A DNA stretch of 64,000 nucleotides from the IMG/VR virus record IMGVR_UViG_3300011441_000007, one strand, 5' to 3'. Position 1 is the first letter of the stretch; each line of letters begins with the position of its first letter. The notes below the pieces were generated by a model. The model was not told where the DNA came from. It saw only the letters and a list, made by a program, of their open reading frames with translations, and did no database searches. Shown here one piece after another: positions 1 to 9,760 of this stretch. Position numbers and translations under genes: made by a program. Origin of the DNA: a virus.

Positions 1-338
1 TGATACCACATTGGAATACTAACAAGGCCCGTAACTGTTGCAGATTGGCCAGCGAGAAGATCATTGATAAGTGGATTGGTTGTATCCCAAGTAGTTCCGC
101 CCGCTGGATCAACAAGAATATCTATGAGAGTAGCTGTGTTGGTTCCTGTGGTATTGTAATTGAGAAAACCAAACATCATCATTTCAACGTCAAAAGGCAC
201 AGCTGTTAAAAGTGTGCCTGTTGAACCATCAGCATTGGAAGCGCCAGCAGTTACAGCTGTTCCGGGAGTATTAGATGGAGTCCCTGTAAAATTATCAACG
301 TAACGACCCCAAGATGGAGGGTTGAGAAGTAGTGCCAT
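1..338 (-). CDS. hypothetical virion-associated protein; start in window, 3' end runs off the window
   Basis: Minus-strand ORF starting with ATG at 338 (MALLLNPPSWGRYVDNF...), open to the window edge. Gly/Thr/Asn-rich like neighbouring structural genes. Confidence 0.35.
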   Translation of the reverse strand, partial: MALLLNPPSWGRYVDNFTGTPSNTPGTAVTAGASNADGSTGTLLTAVPFDVEMMMFGFLNYNTTGTNTATLIDILVDPAGGTTWDTTNPLINDLLAGQSATVTGLVSIPMWY

Positions 339-347
339 TCATAGCCC

Positions 348-758
348 TTATGGACCGTTATTGTCAGTGAGTGTGAATGTATTGATTGTGATTGACTGAC
401 CAGCTGCAACAACAGCATTATCCAAAGTCATATCCCCACCACCACCTGTGGCAGTTACAGAACCTTGAATATGTTGAGTTGTTCCATCTGTAGCATAGAT
501 ACGAAAGTGTCCGACAGTGCCAGCGGCATCAGCAGAAGCATCCTGCCAAGTGCCAGTCTTTGATTTAGCGCCAGAGCCAGCCGCAGCCATCCAGTCTGAT
601 GGTAAGTTAAGCGTGGCAATAACTGTTCCTGAATCAGCATCAGCAATATTTGTTGGTACGGTGCCAGTACGAAGTTTTAGAACCGCAGAAGTACCGATAG
701 CGGTTTCAATTGCATCAAGCTTGGCATTACGAACAGTTACAGAGTATTTTAATGGCAT
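348..758 (-). CDS. hypothetical structural protein (Gly/Thr/Ala-rich)
   Basis: 136-aa ORF in the same orientation and tightly packed with the tail-fiber-like genes. No recognisable motif. Confidence 0.4.
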   Translation of the reverse strand: MPLKYSVTVRNAKLDAIETAIGTSAVLKLRTGTVPTNIADADSGTVIATLNLPSDWMAAAGSGAKSKTGTWQDASADAAGTVGHFRIYATDGTTQHIQGSVTATGGGGDMTLDNAVVAAGQSITINTFTLTDNNGP

Positions 759-803
759 TTAATATTATCCCTCAAAAAGAGTTTGTTTTATTTGTATTTA
801 GTT

Positions 804-1817
804 TTATGCAGAAACAGCGATAGCTTGACGGAATCCTTTAACGGTTGTATTGTTTGTCGCGCCTGTATATCCCAAAATAAGATGGGTAGTATTTACTGTA
901 GCTGTGAAAGATGCGATATCTGTATTTGTAAAGATTGTCGCATATTCAGTCATATATGCTTGTCCACCAGCATGAATGAGAAGAATTTCGGTTGTTTGAT
1001 AAGCATTTGCTGTGTTATCTTTAATAGATAATTGATACTTTGCAGAACGATAGTCAGCTAGGAAGAAACTATCCAACACAATTTCAGTAAGCACAGATGA
1101 GTTGGCATAAATCTGAGACATACGACCTTCGCCAAAATTCAAAATGTTCAAAGTAAGTGTATTGGCGAGACTGGCGTTGTTTGTGGTTTTATCAAAGACA
1201 AACCCAGATGAGCCTCCAAAAGTCCCAGAATCATTGAATTGAACAGTTGTATTGGAACCAGAAGGCACACCATTACCAGAACCACCAGTTGATGAAATTG
1301 TGATATCAACTGTGTTGTTTGCGACATTATCAACAACAGCAATAGATGTGGTGCCGCCTTGAAGAAAATTAACTCGGGGTCTATCCCCGATATTTACATT
1401 ATTGTTTGCGACAACAACATGCGGATCAAGATTGGAATAAGTTTTACTATTCAAACGGATAAGCGTTGTATTGGCCATAAAGCCAACAGTTGTGTTTCCG
1501 AGTGTGATATTAAGAGCAGTGATTTGTGTTGAGTTGGCAACAGTATTAACGGTAGAGTTACCAAGACTCCAAGTATTTGCAAAAATCGCGAGAGTACCAT
1601 TGGCTTGAACGTTACCGCCTCTAATTACGTTCGCCGCAAAGGTATTTGAAGCAAAAATACCATTGACAAAGCCATTACCTGTAGATACTGAACCATTAGC
1701 AGTAAGGTCTACTGTAACTGCATACTGGTTAGCTAAGTCAATAAGCAGATTGATTTTTGTAAAAACACTAAGGAAGTTTTCAATAGCAGTATTAACGGGA
1801 ACGATAGTAACTGTCAT
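804..1817 (-). CDS. tail-fiber-like protein with Asn-rich GNSTVN repeats
   Basis: 337-aa ORF with repeated GNSTVNTVANST / NTTV motifs. It is a paralog of the 16344..17006 protein, which carries the same repeat. Confidence 0.5.
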   Translation of the reverse strand: MTVTIVPVNTAIENFLSVFTKINLLIDLANQYAVTVDLTANGSVSTGNGFVNGIFASNTFAANVIRGGNVQANGTLAIFANTWSLGNSTVNTVANSTQITALNITLGNTTVGFMANTTLIRLNSKTYSNLDPHVVVANNNVNIGDRPRVNFLQGGTTSIAVVDNVANNTVDITISSTGGSGNGVPSGSNTTVQFNDSGTFGGSSGFVFDKTTNNASLANTLTLNILNFGEGRMSQIYANSSVLTEIVLDSFFLADYRSAKYQLSIKDNTANAYQTTEILLIHAGGQAYMTEYATIFTNTDIASFTATVNTTHLILGYTGATNNTTVKGFRQAIAVSA

Positions 1818-1822
1818 TTAAT

Positions 1823-2038
1823 TTATGTAATCCAGTTCTTTCCTATTGGCCCCAGATGAGAATCTTTGTATTCTAGTGCTACTATTCTTTTTTCCAATTC
1901 TTCTACTCTTTTTTCAAGGCGTCGTCTTTGAAGAATTGCTTCTTTTTGTAATTTATATCGCTCTAATTCATGCTCATTTTTATTTATGATGACTTTTGTA
2001 ATGTCATCTTTTATGAAACCTTCTTTATCAGTTTTCAC
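1823..2038 (-). CDS. small coiled-coil protein
   Basis: 71-aa charged, heptad-like ORF (RRRLEKRVEELEKRIVALE). It overlaps the upstream gene by 4 nt, suggesting translational coupling. Confidence 0.35.
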   Translation of the reverse strand: MKTDKEGFIKDDITKVIINKNEHELERYKLQKEAILQRRRLEKRVEELEKRIVALEYKDSHLGPIGKNWIT

Positions 2039-4776
2039 GCTGTCACTCCAACTGCGCGTATGTCATCAATCTTTGGAACAATATAGTCATTAGGTGATAG
2101 TAAAATAACTTTCAACTGCCATGTATCAAATGTGTCATATTCCACTTTTGTCTGAGAGTAATAACGAGCAACATTATCATTGGTGATGTTCTTGAACACT
2201 TGGAGTGGATAATAAACCTTAGCGATCTTCATACCTGAAGCTACCAGAGAGTTGTTAGAAACTGGTGATTTGATTGTGAGAACAGTGTTGTTGACGATAT
2301 TGTTTACCACAGCAATCATGTAATTAGAATTTGGAAATAGAGGCTGGTAGATTTTCACCAAATCATTTGTCGCTAGATTGGAGGAAAATGTTGTGCCAAC
2401 TCCCACAATGGTTGTATTGTTCAACTCAGTCGCAACCACGCCAGCGAGCAACCCCGAGGTAGGCGTTGCATTTGTGGTATTAGCTGCAAAAGATGTATTT
2501 GGATAAGCAGGGAACCCAAAAGTCATCTCAACCCGATCTTCAGGGTTTGTCAGAGAAGAGAACACACCGATACCATCAGTTTGCTCTAAGAGACTCCAAT
2601 CCTTATCATCAAAAGCTTCTGTATCAGTTGAGTTATGAATACGCGCATAGACTTTGATATCTGTATTTTGGGGGCGATAGGCTTGAATGAAAACAAGTAG
2701 GTCTTCAGCCGATTGACCATTTGCGAAATTGATTTTCGTAGTTACATGCTTAGCAAAAGCATTACCATAATTCGTATGCTCATTTGTATAATCATTATTG
2801 ATATTGTATTTTGCATAGTAAGAATTCAAATCATTGGGAGCAAAAGAACAACCAACGAAGTCATTATTTGAGAATGCATCAATATAGAATGTAGCTGTAT
2901 TAGAAAAATATGTTCCAACAATAGATGTATTCGGAATAGAACCATTTGCATAGCCAATAACGAACTGATTGGAGCGAGAGACGATAGAAGGTTTCTTACC
3001 AGCTATGAAATTATGTAGAATATTGTTTCTAACATCTAGTTCAACTGCGGCTTCTGCAACGGAATCAACAAGCCATGTTCTACCAGAATTGACATTAGCC
3101 GAAGCAATAGAATGGTACAGTGATTTATATTTTAGAGAATACACTGTACCCATTGGATTGTTGATTTTCAAAACAGGAAGCATTTGCTGTGCATCAAAAT
3201 TGACGATTTTGGCAACCTTGAAATAGTTGTTTTGATTCTGGAACTGAGGATAGAGAACCGTATTCACTGTGAAGGAAAGGTTTGCTCCTGTTCCTGTTGA
3301 GTTTTGGGCGCTGCTGTTCTGAACCAAAAATGTAATAGCTGAAGTGTTGACGAATCCAGCGCCGACATTGGAAAAATAAAGAAAGCGAATCGTTCCATTG
3401 GCATAGGTTTCTACATTAGCTTTAGCTTGGTATCCCCCCATAACTTCATTGGGAACAGCCTCAAATCCATTCACCAAAACATAATCTGAGTTAGCATAAG
3501 CCGAACCGCCTGAAACAACGCTATAGGACATGATACAATCATTAACGAAGCGGCAGCTGGAGTTGGCATTTGATTCAGAAAGGACAATCAAATCCTTTGT
3601 ATGACCTGAGATATAAGGACGTGATTTTGAATAGAGCCGCGCTACTGGAGATTTGAAGAAGTAAGCTGCATTGTTAGTAAATGTAAATGCTTCTCTAACA
3701 ATCATAGAGTTATTGGATAGATTTCTAATCATGCGCACATTCACCATATGTGCATTGGGACCATTATGATTCAAACTAACAACTGTGATATATTCAGGAT
3801 ACTCCCCAAACTCAAAGAGCTTAGTAAAATTAAATGTTGTGTTGTCGCTTAGAATATAAGATAGATTTGTATTCACCATCACAGAGTTGTTTGTTACCTG
3901 AACCGTAGCGGGCGTTGCTTTTGATCCAGGATAATAAGGCTGGTGTTGATAAATGAAGTCCCCATAAACAACATCATCATTGAGAGAAGTTTTCTTATCA
4001 AAATAGACATATTCCATTGGATAAGCAGGACAATTGATCCTGATCGTATTGTTTGATAGGATCGTGATGTTATTGGATGTGAGGATGCTAATGAAATTGT
4101 TGTCTAGAATATCATCATTGGCAATGACTGGAACGCCCTCATGACAATAGCGTGCAACCTCTACTTGGAATTTTAGATCAGTGTCATTGACAGGCTTCCA
4201 TGCACTGAGGAGATAATCTAAAGACGGGGCATCTTCCCCTAGAGGGTCTTGATTAGAAGTTTGGTCTGTCCCATCATCTATTGAGGGAAAAGCCACATTA
4301 CTCATAAACAGAAATAGCTTGCCAACATATCGCCCGCTCGGCCCTGGAGAAATGATTGTTGTACCAATCAAATAATCTCCTTCTCTAGAATCCCAAAGTT
4401 GGAAGTCTTCATCACCATCGTATTTGATGATGATAGCATATTCCTGACCTGACTTAACTTTCACATTTCTTTGAAAATCAAAGACTGTTGGGGATACTGC
4501 GGTAGAAGACACATTTATTTCATTATATTCTTTACGTGAAATTTCTTTGGGCCATAGTTGTCCTAGAATGCTGCCTTGATTATCAACCACAGGCACCCCA
4601 AAATATGTAGGAGAGATAAACACTTCTACTCCAGGATTACTGATGCCTGATCTATTACCTGTGATCTTTGGTTTGTTCTTAAAAAACAAAGTAACTTTAG
4701 TTATAGCAATTTCAGCAGCCCGATGAACAAGATCAGGATCAATAAAGAATGTTTGGGCGACGGCAAAACGAGTCAA
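2035..4776 (-). CDS. large virion structural protein (tail fiber / baseplate-associated, 913 aa)
   Basis: Long uninterrupted ORF, Asn/Thr/Ser-rich, co-oriented with the other fiber genes. Confidence 0.55.
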   Translation of the reverse strand: MTRFAVAQTFFIDPDLVHRAAEIAITKVTLFFKNKPKITGNRSGISNPGVEVFISPTYFGVPVVDNQGSILGQLWPKEISRKEYNEINVSSTAVSPTVFDFQRNVKVKSGQEYAIIIKYDGDEDFQLWDSREGDYLIGTTIISPGPSGRYVGKLFLFMSNVAFPSIDDGTDQTSNQDPLGEDAPSLDYLLSAWKPVNDTDLKFQVEVARYCHEGVPVIANDDILDNNFISILTSNNITILSNNTIRINCPAYPMEYVYFDKKTSLNDDVVYGDFIYQHQPYYPGSKATPATVQVTNNSVMVNTNLSYILSDNTTFNFTKLFEFGEYPEYITVVSLNHNGPNAHMVNVRMIRNLSNNSMIVREAFTFTNNAAYFFKSPVARLYSKSRPYISGHTKDLIVLSESNANSSCRFVNDCIMSYSVVSGGSAYANSDYVLVNGFEAVPNEVMGGYQAKANVETYANGTIRFLYFSNVGAGFVNTSAITFLVQNSSAQNSTGTGANLSFTVNTVLYPQFQNQNNYFKVAKIVNFDAQQMLPVLKINNPMGTVYSLKYKSLYHSIASANVNSGRTWLVDSVAEAAVELDVRNNILHNFIAGKKPSIVSRSNQFVIGYANGSIPNTSIVGTYFSNTATFYIDAFSNNDFVGCSFAPNDLNSYYAKYNINNDYTNEHTNYGNAFAKHVTTKINFANGQSAEDLLVFIQAYRPQNTDIKVYARIHNSTDTEAFDDKDWSLLEQTDGIGVFSSLTNPEDRVEMTFGFPAYPNTSFAANTTNATPTSGLLAGVVATELNNTTIVGVGTTFSSNLATNDLVKIYQPLFPNSNYMIAVVNNIVNNTVLTIKSPVSNNSLVASGMKIAKVYYPLQVFKNITNDNVARYYSQTKVEYDTFDTWQLKVILLSPNDYIVPKIDDIRAVGVTA

Positions 4777-4797
4777 ATGATTTTCTCTTTTCTGAAG

Positions 4798-7700
4798 TTA
4801 TCTACTGAATAGATATTTATTAGGCAATATTAATGGAACATCGTCATAGGCTATTGAATTTACACCTTTTAGTTCAAACAGAGCATAAGATGGAACGAAA
4901 TTATACTCATATCCTTCCGAAAGTATTGGATCACCACTGTTACCTATTTGAGTAGTACCAGGAAACTGATATGGAACAGGGAATTGTGGTAATTTAGCAT
5001 TTTTCACCTTATTAAACCACAGATCATCAGGATAGAAGTATATAGTAAGCGAGCCGCCAACATCTGTTACGAGAGGATCACCCAATTGTCCGCCCAAAGG
5101 TTTTACATTTGAGCTTTCTCCAATACCATCCAAAAATAGGTTATGCCTTGTTCTTGGCTTCAAGCCAGTGCATTTCATTTCAATCAGATCAAATGCCCCT
5201 GAATCTGGGGCTGGTGCTCCATTCATCAGGACTTTGATTTTCATAGTGCCCCAATAGATTGTTGGATTGGCATTAGGATCAGGATCAATAATCAAACCAG
5301 TGTTGATAGTAACGTCCATTGGATATCTTAGCATCCACCGATAATAAAGGAAGCCATTACCAGCTACACCTTCAGTCACAAATCTATAGTTGGTGCCAAA
5401 AACTGGATTATGATTAAAGTTCAACTTATTAGTTTTCTCTTGAATCATCCATGTGAGATTGTCTAGATCAAATTGTTCCATAACAGGATCAACAAAGAAA
5501 CGACGTGTATATGGATCAAGTAGCAACGCTCTTGATTCTGCCATAGTAATAGCTTCTTCAGCTACATTATCAGCAACAAGCACATCGTCTTGATAGACTT
5601 TGATATTCGCCCCGCCAGCATATTCCTTGAAAGTCCAAATTGTAGCTTTACCAGCAGATGTAGAAAATTCTAGATTAGAGACATGTCTACATAGTCCTGG
5701 AATAAAGGTCATTCCATCGCCATAATTTACGCCGGTAGTACCAAGATTCCAATCAAAATGACGATAATAGAATATTGAATTGGTCTGTAAAGAGACTTCT
5801 GCGATGCCAGTGTTTGGAGTGGTATTTGGGGTAGTATTTGGATTTGTGTTTGGTTTAGACACAGTTGCATTATTCTGATCAATCAACAAGAAATCAACGT
5901 GGGCTGGTCCAAAGCCGGCAGTAACATGTCGTAGCGGCCAATGAAACCCTGGAGGCACAAGTAAATTACTCTTGAGCATGGGCAAATCATTAGCTGTCAC
6001 AGAATTATTAGCTTGGTCTACAGTTTCAATGCCAGCTGCATATTGTGGATTTTCTATATCAGAGTAAATCGTTGTTGAGAAATCATCAACAAACATACCA
6101 AACTTAAAACGATTCAGAGAACCATCAATAGAGCTTGGAATAATCTTGTTGGTTAAGTTTGTTTCCAGTAGAGAAAGTGATGTATAATATTCTAGGTTCT
6201 CAATACGCCGCTCCAGCTGGCCGATCTTGGCCATATTATAACCACGCGGCTGAGTATATTTGACGCTGGTAATATCTATGATTGGAGTGATAGTATGTTC
6301 TCTAAGACGTGTATTGAGGTTGCGTTCATTCCAAACGCCTGTAGAAATGATTTGGAGAACATCAATGCTCATGTTCTTAGCCACATCGGGATAAGGAGGC
6401 ACATTGATGATCTGAAGTTTTAGAGTGTCTTTGGGTTGGTTGACTTCAAAGCGTTTGGCGGGATCAGCACTTGACATGCCACGAATCACAACAATGTTCT
6501 TATCAGACCCGACAACAATACTGTCAACTCGCCCCATATATTGTTCAATATCGGCTGTAAACAAGCTGTCTGACAGAGGAAACTTCTTATCGTTAGCAGG
6601 ATCAGCGGTATTACCAAAGGAGATTGTATGAACAGGGTTTATTGGGGCTGTAGCTGCATTTGTTGTTGGGGTAGCTGAAGCATTTACTGAAGGCCGAAAG
6701 TCAATGCAATTCAAAAGATCAAAATGCTCGCCTTTGGCTGTATAAAGTTCGGGAACCTCAAAAGAAGCCGCTGCACTTGATAGATTGGCTAGAGGTAATG
6801 AATCCAAACTTGCAATCTGCTCAGAATTAGCAGTATGAAGATAGGCAACTGTATCAAAATAGCCAGCACCAGCTGGAGTAAAGTAATCAAATTCAATAAG
6901 CAGATAATCCGCAGATGCAAGAGAGAGTTCACTTCTTGGTTTTTTGTAAAGGAAACTCAGATCAAAATAGTTCTTGTTTTGGTTATGATCAATATAAAAG
7001 TCATCAGTGACAGCGATACTAGCTGTATTGACTGTGGAATCTCCAATATAAACATTGCGTAGTCTGAAAATATCGGAAACACCAAGGCACCAGGGACCGA
7101 CTGTGTTTGCAGTATTGTTTGCCAGCCTCAATTTCACTAGCTGTGAGCGATTGGCTGTCTTAGAAGTAGAGGTTGCAGCCTGACGTAATATATTGACGCC
7201 AAGGGCTGTGTTTGTGCTTGTGGTGGCATCAAATGTCATGCCGAAGTTGAGTGTTAGAATGTTTCCATTGGCATCAACATTGGCTGTTAGACCGGAGCGA
7301 GGCCCAAAAGGAACAGGGAGATTTTTTGGGAACGTGCGCTTGTAGTTTGTGACAGCGTTGGCAAAGGTGAAAGGCGCTTCAAGAACAAGCATCGTGTTAT
7401 TGACAACAGAAACGACTTTCTTGATATCAAAAACTGTGTTGTTGGGGAAGAAATAGAGATAATCTCCAGCCGCAACATCAGTTAGGAATGTTGTCGCTGT
7501 TCCAATAGCTTGGTTTGATGTGGTATTGACTGTAACGTCGCCAGCATAATTATTAAAAGCAACGAGATTATTTGCAAGAGGCACGACATAAAGCTCTTGC
7601 ATCTGAGAATTAGAAAGAGTTCCGCTATAAGGGAAAAACTCGTTTGGGTTGCCAGCAATAGATTTAGTCAAAATACCATTGTTGCCAGTAGCCGTTGTTT

Positions 7701-9750
7701 GATCAATAGTGCGATAGATATATGTGGCCTGATTGGAGTTTTTTATGGACTCCAAACCTGATTTGAAAACCAGACCATCGTTCTGTTGGCTTGAAACTTT
7801 GGCAATATTGGCTTGTGTTGTCGGATCAAAGCTTAGAATAACGTCAGCAATGCCTTTGTAAGTCCCATCATACCCAATGGCACGAATATCTTTGAAGTTA
7901 CGGCCTGTATCCATAGTAATATCAAATAGATAAAGTCTGTAAATGGCCGCAGGGTCGCCAGCAACACCATCCTCCAGATTCATGGAACGAATGCGTGCTG
8001 TGCCAAACTGTGTTCCGACCGGCGTTGTGTTGCCAGCCTTCACTAAAGCTGTGTTGGAACAAAATCCTTTGGCTGTGTTATAGAGTTGAACCGTGTCGCC
8101 TGTGGAAAACTGAAAGAGCCCCCCGACTTCTTTACAACGCACAAAGGCATCGTAATTCAAGCTGACTTTATGTGTATTAGCAATTTGTGTATCTAGACCT
8201 TTGGGAACATCAATACGGAAGTTGAAATTGGTCTTGACTTTTCTTCCTGAGATGTAGCCAGCGCCAGCGTCCACAACAGCTGTATAAAGCAAACCTTCAT
8301 TTTGCATGTTGGCTGTTGAAACTGTTGTGACAAGGAAAGGATCAAGAACGAAGTTACCAGCGGCATCAAAAGTGCGCTGTGACATTTCATCCCCGATCTT
8401 GGAATAATCAGAGAGTTGGTTTTGTTTATAGGGATTACCATCGTTCCATTCAACAAGCGTGTAGAATTCTGGAGTTTGTTTGGCTTCAACAATATCAAGG
8501 ATTGTGAGAACGGGCGTGAGTTTCAGACGATTGGCGCCGGGCGCATTTTCATCTTCCAACCCGATAGAATTATCCAAAAGCGAAGGATCAATATTGGAAT
8601 CAATAATCTCTTCTACTGTTTGGAAACCAACAGCCACAGCATTAGGAGTTGAAGAATACTTGTCAACGATAACGACTTGATTGGCAACTCTTTCAAAGTA
8701 GCCCTTCTGGAAAATAACACCATTAGAAACACTAAATGCATAACCATTGCCAACCGAATCACCAGCCGCCGCAACTTTGACTTGGGCTAGAAAATTCAAG
8801 GCCGTGAGTTCCAGCGTTGAAAGTCCTGTTGCATTGTTGGGGGAGAAAACTGTTACCGTAGGTAGATAGATATAGCCCACGCCGCGCGAGTTGATGATGA
8901 TTTCTGTGATACGGCCTGAGGAGTTTGTGCGTAAGAATCCCCCAGCGCTAACACCAGCAACCTTGTCAATAATAGCTTCAGCTGTGTTTGCTTCGTTCTT
9001 GATGGAGTCTTCAACAGCGAAAGTCCAGGTATTGGTGTTGGCCGTGTCCGCTGTTAAGTCTTCAATGCGCGGAGAGATATAAAGAATGCTCTGATTGGAA
9101 ACAGCAAGTGTAGATGTATCTATTGAGAGAATTTCAACGTTGGCGCCAGTTATTGGATTGATAATAAATTCACCAGGAGAAAATGTTCCACTTTCATAGC
9201 TGATAACCAAAGCTGAAAGGAAAACTAGACTGTCGCTGTTAGAAAAGCCCAGACCACCATTGTCAATATCAACAGAGAAAATAGAGTTGTTGGAATCATA
9301 GATGGTCAGAAGATCGCCGGGCGTAAAACCTTCGTCTTGTCCTGATGTTCCTGAGTTGATAAGATTGACATAAATCGTTTTCAGATCAGGTGCCGCAGCC
9401 TCAAAGCCATCAACGCTATTAATAACATAAGCCACAAGACCATTGGCGTTGTTCGCAAACATGCCCACATAAAGTGAAGGATCAACTGTTGTTCCTTTTT
9501 GTGTGTTGTCAACAAGTTTCACATAGTTGTAATGCTTATGAAAATTGAAAGAGCAGCCATCAACAATCGTGCCTTGCTTGAAGATGTTCAGGCCGAAACG
9601 CTCAATCTGTGCTTGTACCAGGGTTTGTAGTTGATTGAGTTCGCGGACCTGAACACTTACTCCAGGGCGAAAGAGAATCTTATAGAAATCTTTTTTGGGA
9701 TCGTAATTATCGTTATAGGGACTGATTGAAAGGTCAGTATTAATAGGCAT
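4798..9750 (-). CDS. giant tail-fiber-like structural protein (1650 aa)
   Basis: 4.95-kb ORF with beta-rich Asn/Thr/Gly composition and an internal PNTNPNTTPNTTPNT peptide repeat. The size class matches T4 long-tail-fiber or gp7-type proteins. Confidence 0.55.
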   Translation of the reverse strand: MPINTDLSISPYNDNYDPKKDFYKILFRPGVSVQVRELNQLQTLVQAQIERFGLNIFKQGTIVDGCSFNFHKHYNYVKLVDNTQKGTTVDPSLYVGMFANNANGLVAYVINSVDGFEAAAPDLKTIYVNLINSGTSGQDEGFTPGDLLTIYDSNNSIFSVDIDNGGLGFSNSDSLVFLSALVISYESGTFSPGEFIINPITGANVEILSIDTSTLAVSNQSILYISPRIEDLTADTANTNTWTFAVEDSIKNEANTAEAIIDKVAGVSAGGFLRTNSSGRITEIIINSRGVGYIYLPTVTVFSPNNATGLSTLELTALNFLAQVKVAAAGDSVGNGYAFSVSNGVIFQKGYFERVANQVVIVDKYSSTPNAVAVGFQTVEEIIDSNIDPSLLDNSIGLEDENAPGANRLKLTPVLTILDIVEAKQTPEFYTLVEWNDGNPYKQNQLSDYSKIGDEMSQRTFDAAGNFVLDPFLVTTVSTANMQNEGLLYTAVVDAGAGYISGRKVKTNFNFRIDVPKGLDTQIANTHKVSLNYDAFVRCKEVGGLFQFSTGDTVQLYNTAKGFCSNTALVKAGNTTPVGTQFGTARIRSMNLEDGVAGDPAAIYRLYLFDITMDTGRNFKDIRAIGYDGTYKGIADVILSFDPTTQANIAKVSSQQNDGLVFKSGLESIKNSNQATYIYRTIDQTTATGNNGILTKSIAGNPNEFFPYSGTLSNSQMQELYVVPLANNLVAFNNYAGDVTVNTTSNQAIGTATTFLTDVAAGDYLYFFPNNTVFDIKKVVSVVNNTMLVLEAPFTFANAVTNYKRTFPKNLPVPFGPRSGLTANVDANGNILTLNFGMTFDATTSTNTALGVNILRQAATSTSKTANRSQLVKLRLANNTANTVGPWCLGVSDIFRLRNVYIGDSTVNTASIAVTDDFYIDHNQNKNYFDLSFLYKKPRSELSLASADYLLIEFDYFTPAGAGYFDTVAYLHTANSEQIASLDSLPLANLSSAAASFEVPELYTAKGEHFDLLNCIDFRPSVNASATPTTNAATAPINPVHTISFGNTADPANDKKFPLSDSLFTADIEQYMGRVDSIVVGSDKNIVVIRGMSSADPAKRFEVNQPKDTLKLQIINVPPYPDVAKNMSIDVLQIISTGVWNERNLNTRLREHTITPIIDITSVKYTQPRGYNMAKIGQLERRIENLEYYTSLSLLETNLTNKIIPSSIDGSLNRFKFGMFVDDFSTTIYSDIENPQYAAGIETVDQANNSVTANDLPMLKSNLLVPPGFHWPLRHVTAGFGPAHVDFLLIDQNNATVSKPNTNPNTTPNTTPNTGIAEVSLQTNSIFYYRHFDWNLGTTGVNYGDGMTFIPGLCRHVSNLEFSTSAGKATIWTFKEYAGGANIKVYQDDVLVADNVAEEAITMAESRALLLDPYTRRFFVDPVMEQFDLDNLTWMIQEKTNKLNFNHNPVFGTNYRFVTEGVAGNGFLYYRWMLRYPMDVTINTGLIIDPDPNANPTIYWGTMKIKVLMNGAPAPDSGAFDLIEMKCTGLKPRTRHNLFLDGIGESSNVKPLGGQLGDPLVTDVGGSLTIYFYPDDLWFNKVKNAKLPQFPVPYQFPGTTQIGNSGDPILSEGYEYNFVPSYALFELKGVNSIAYDDVPLILPNKYLFSR

Positions 9751-9760
9751 TTATTAGCTT

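Noticed and set aside
6425-9082. Several 60-100-aa plus-strand ORFs (for example 6425..6631, 6835..7062, 8416..8652, 8891..9082) inside the 1650-aa minus-strand gene
   Set aside because: They lie entirely antisense within a long, well-supported coding frame. They have low-complexity translations and no RBS. Judged to be spurious shadow ORFs.
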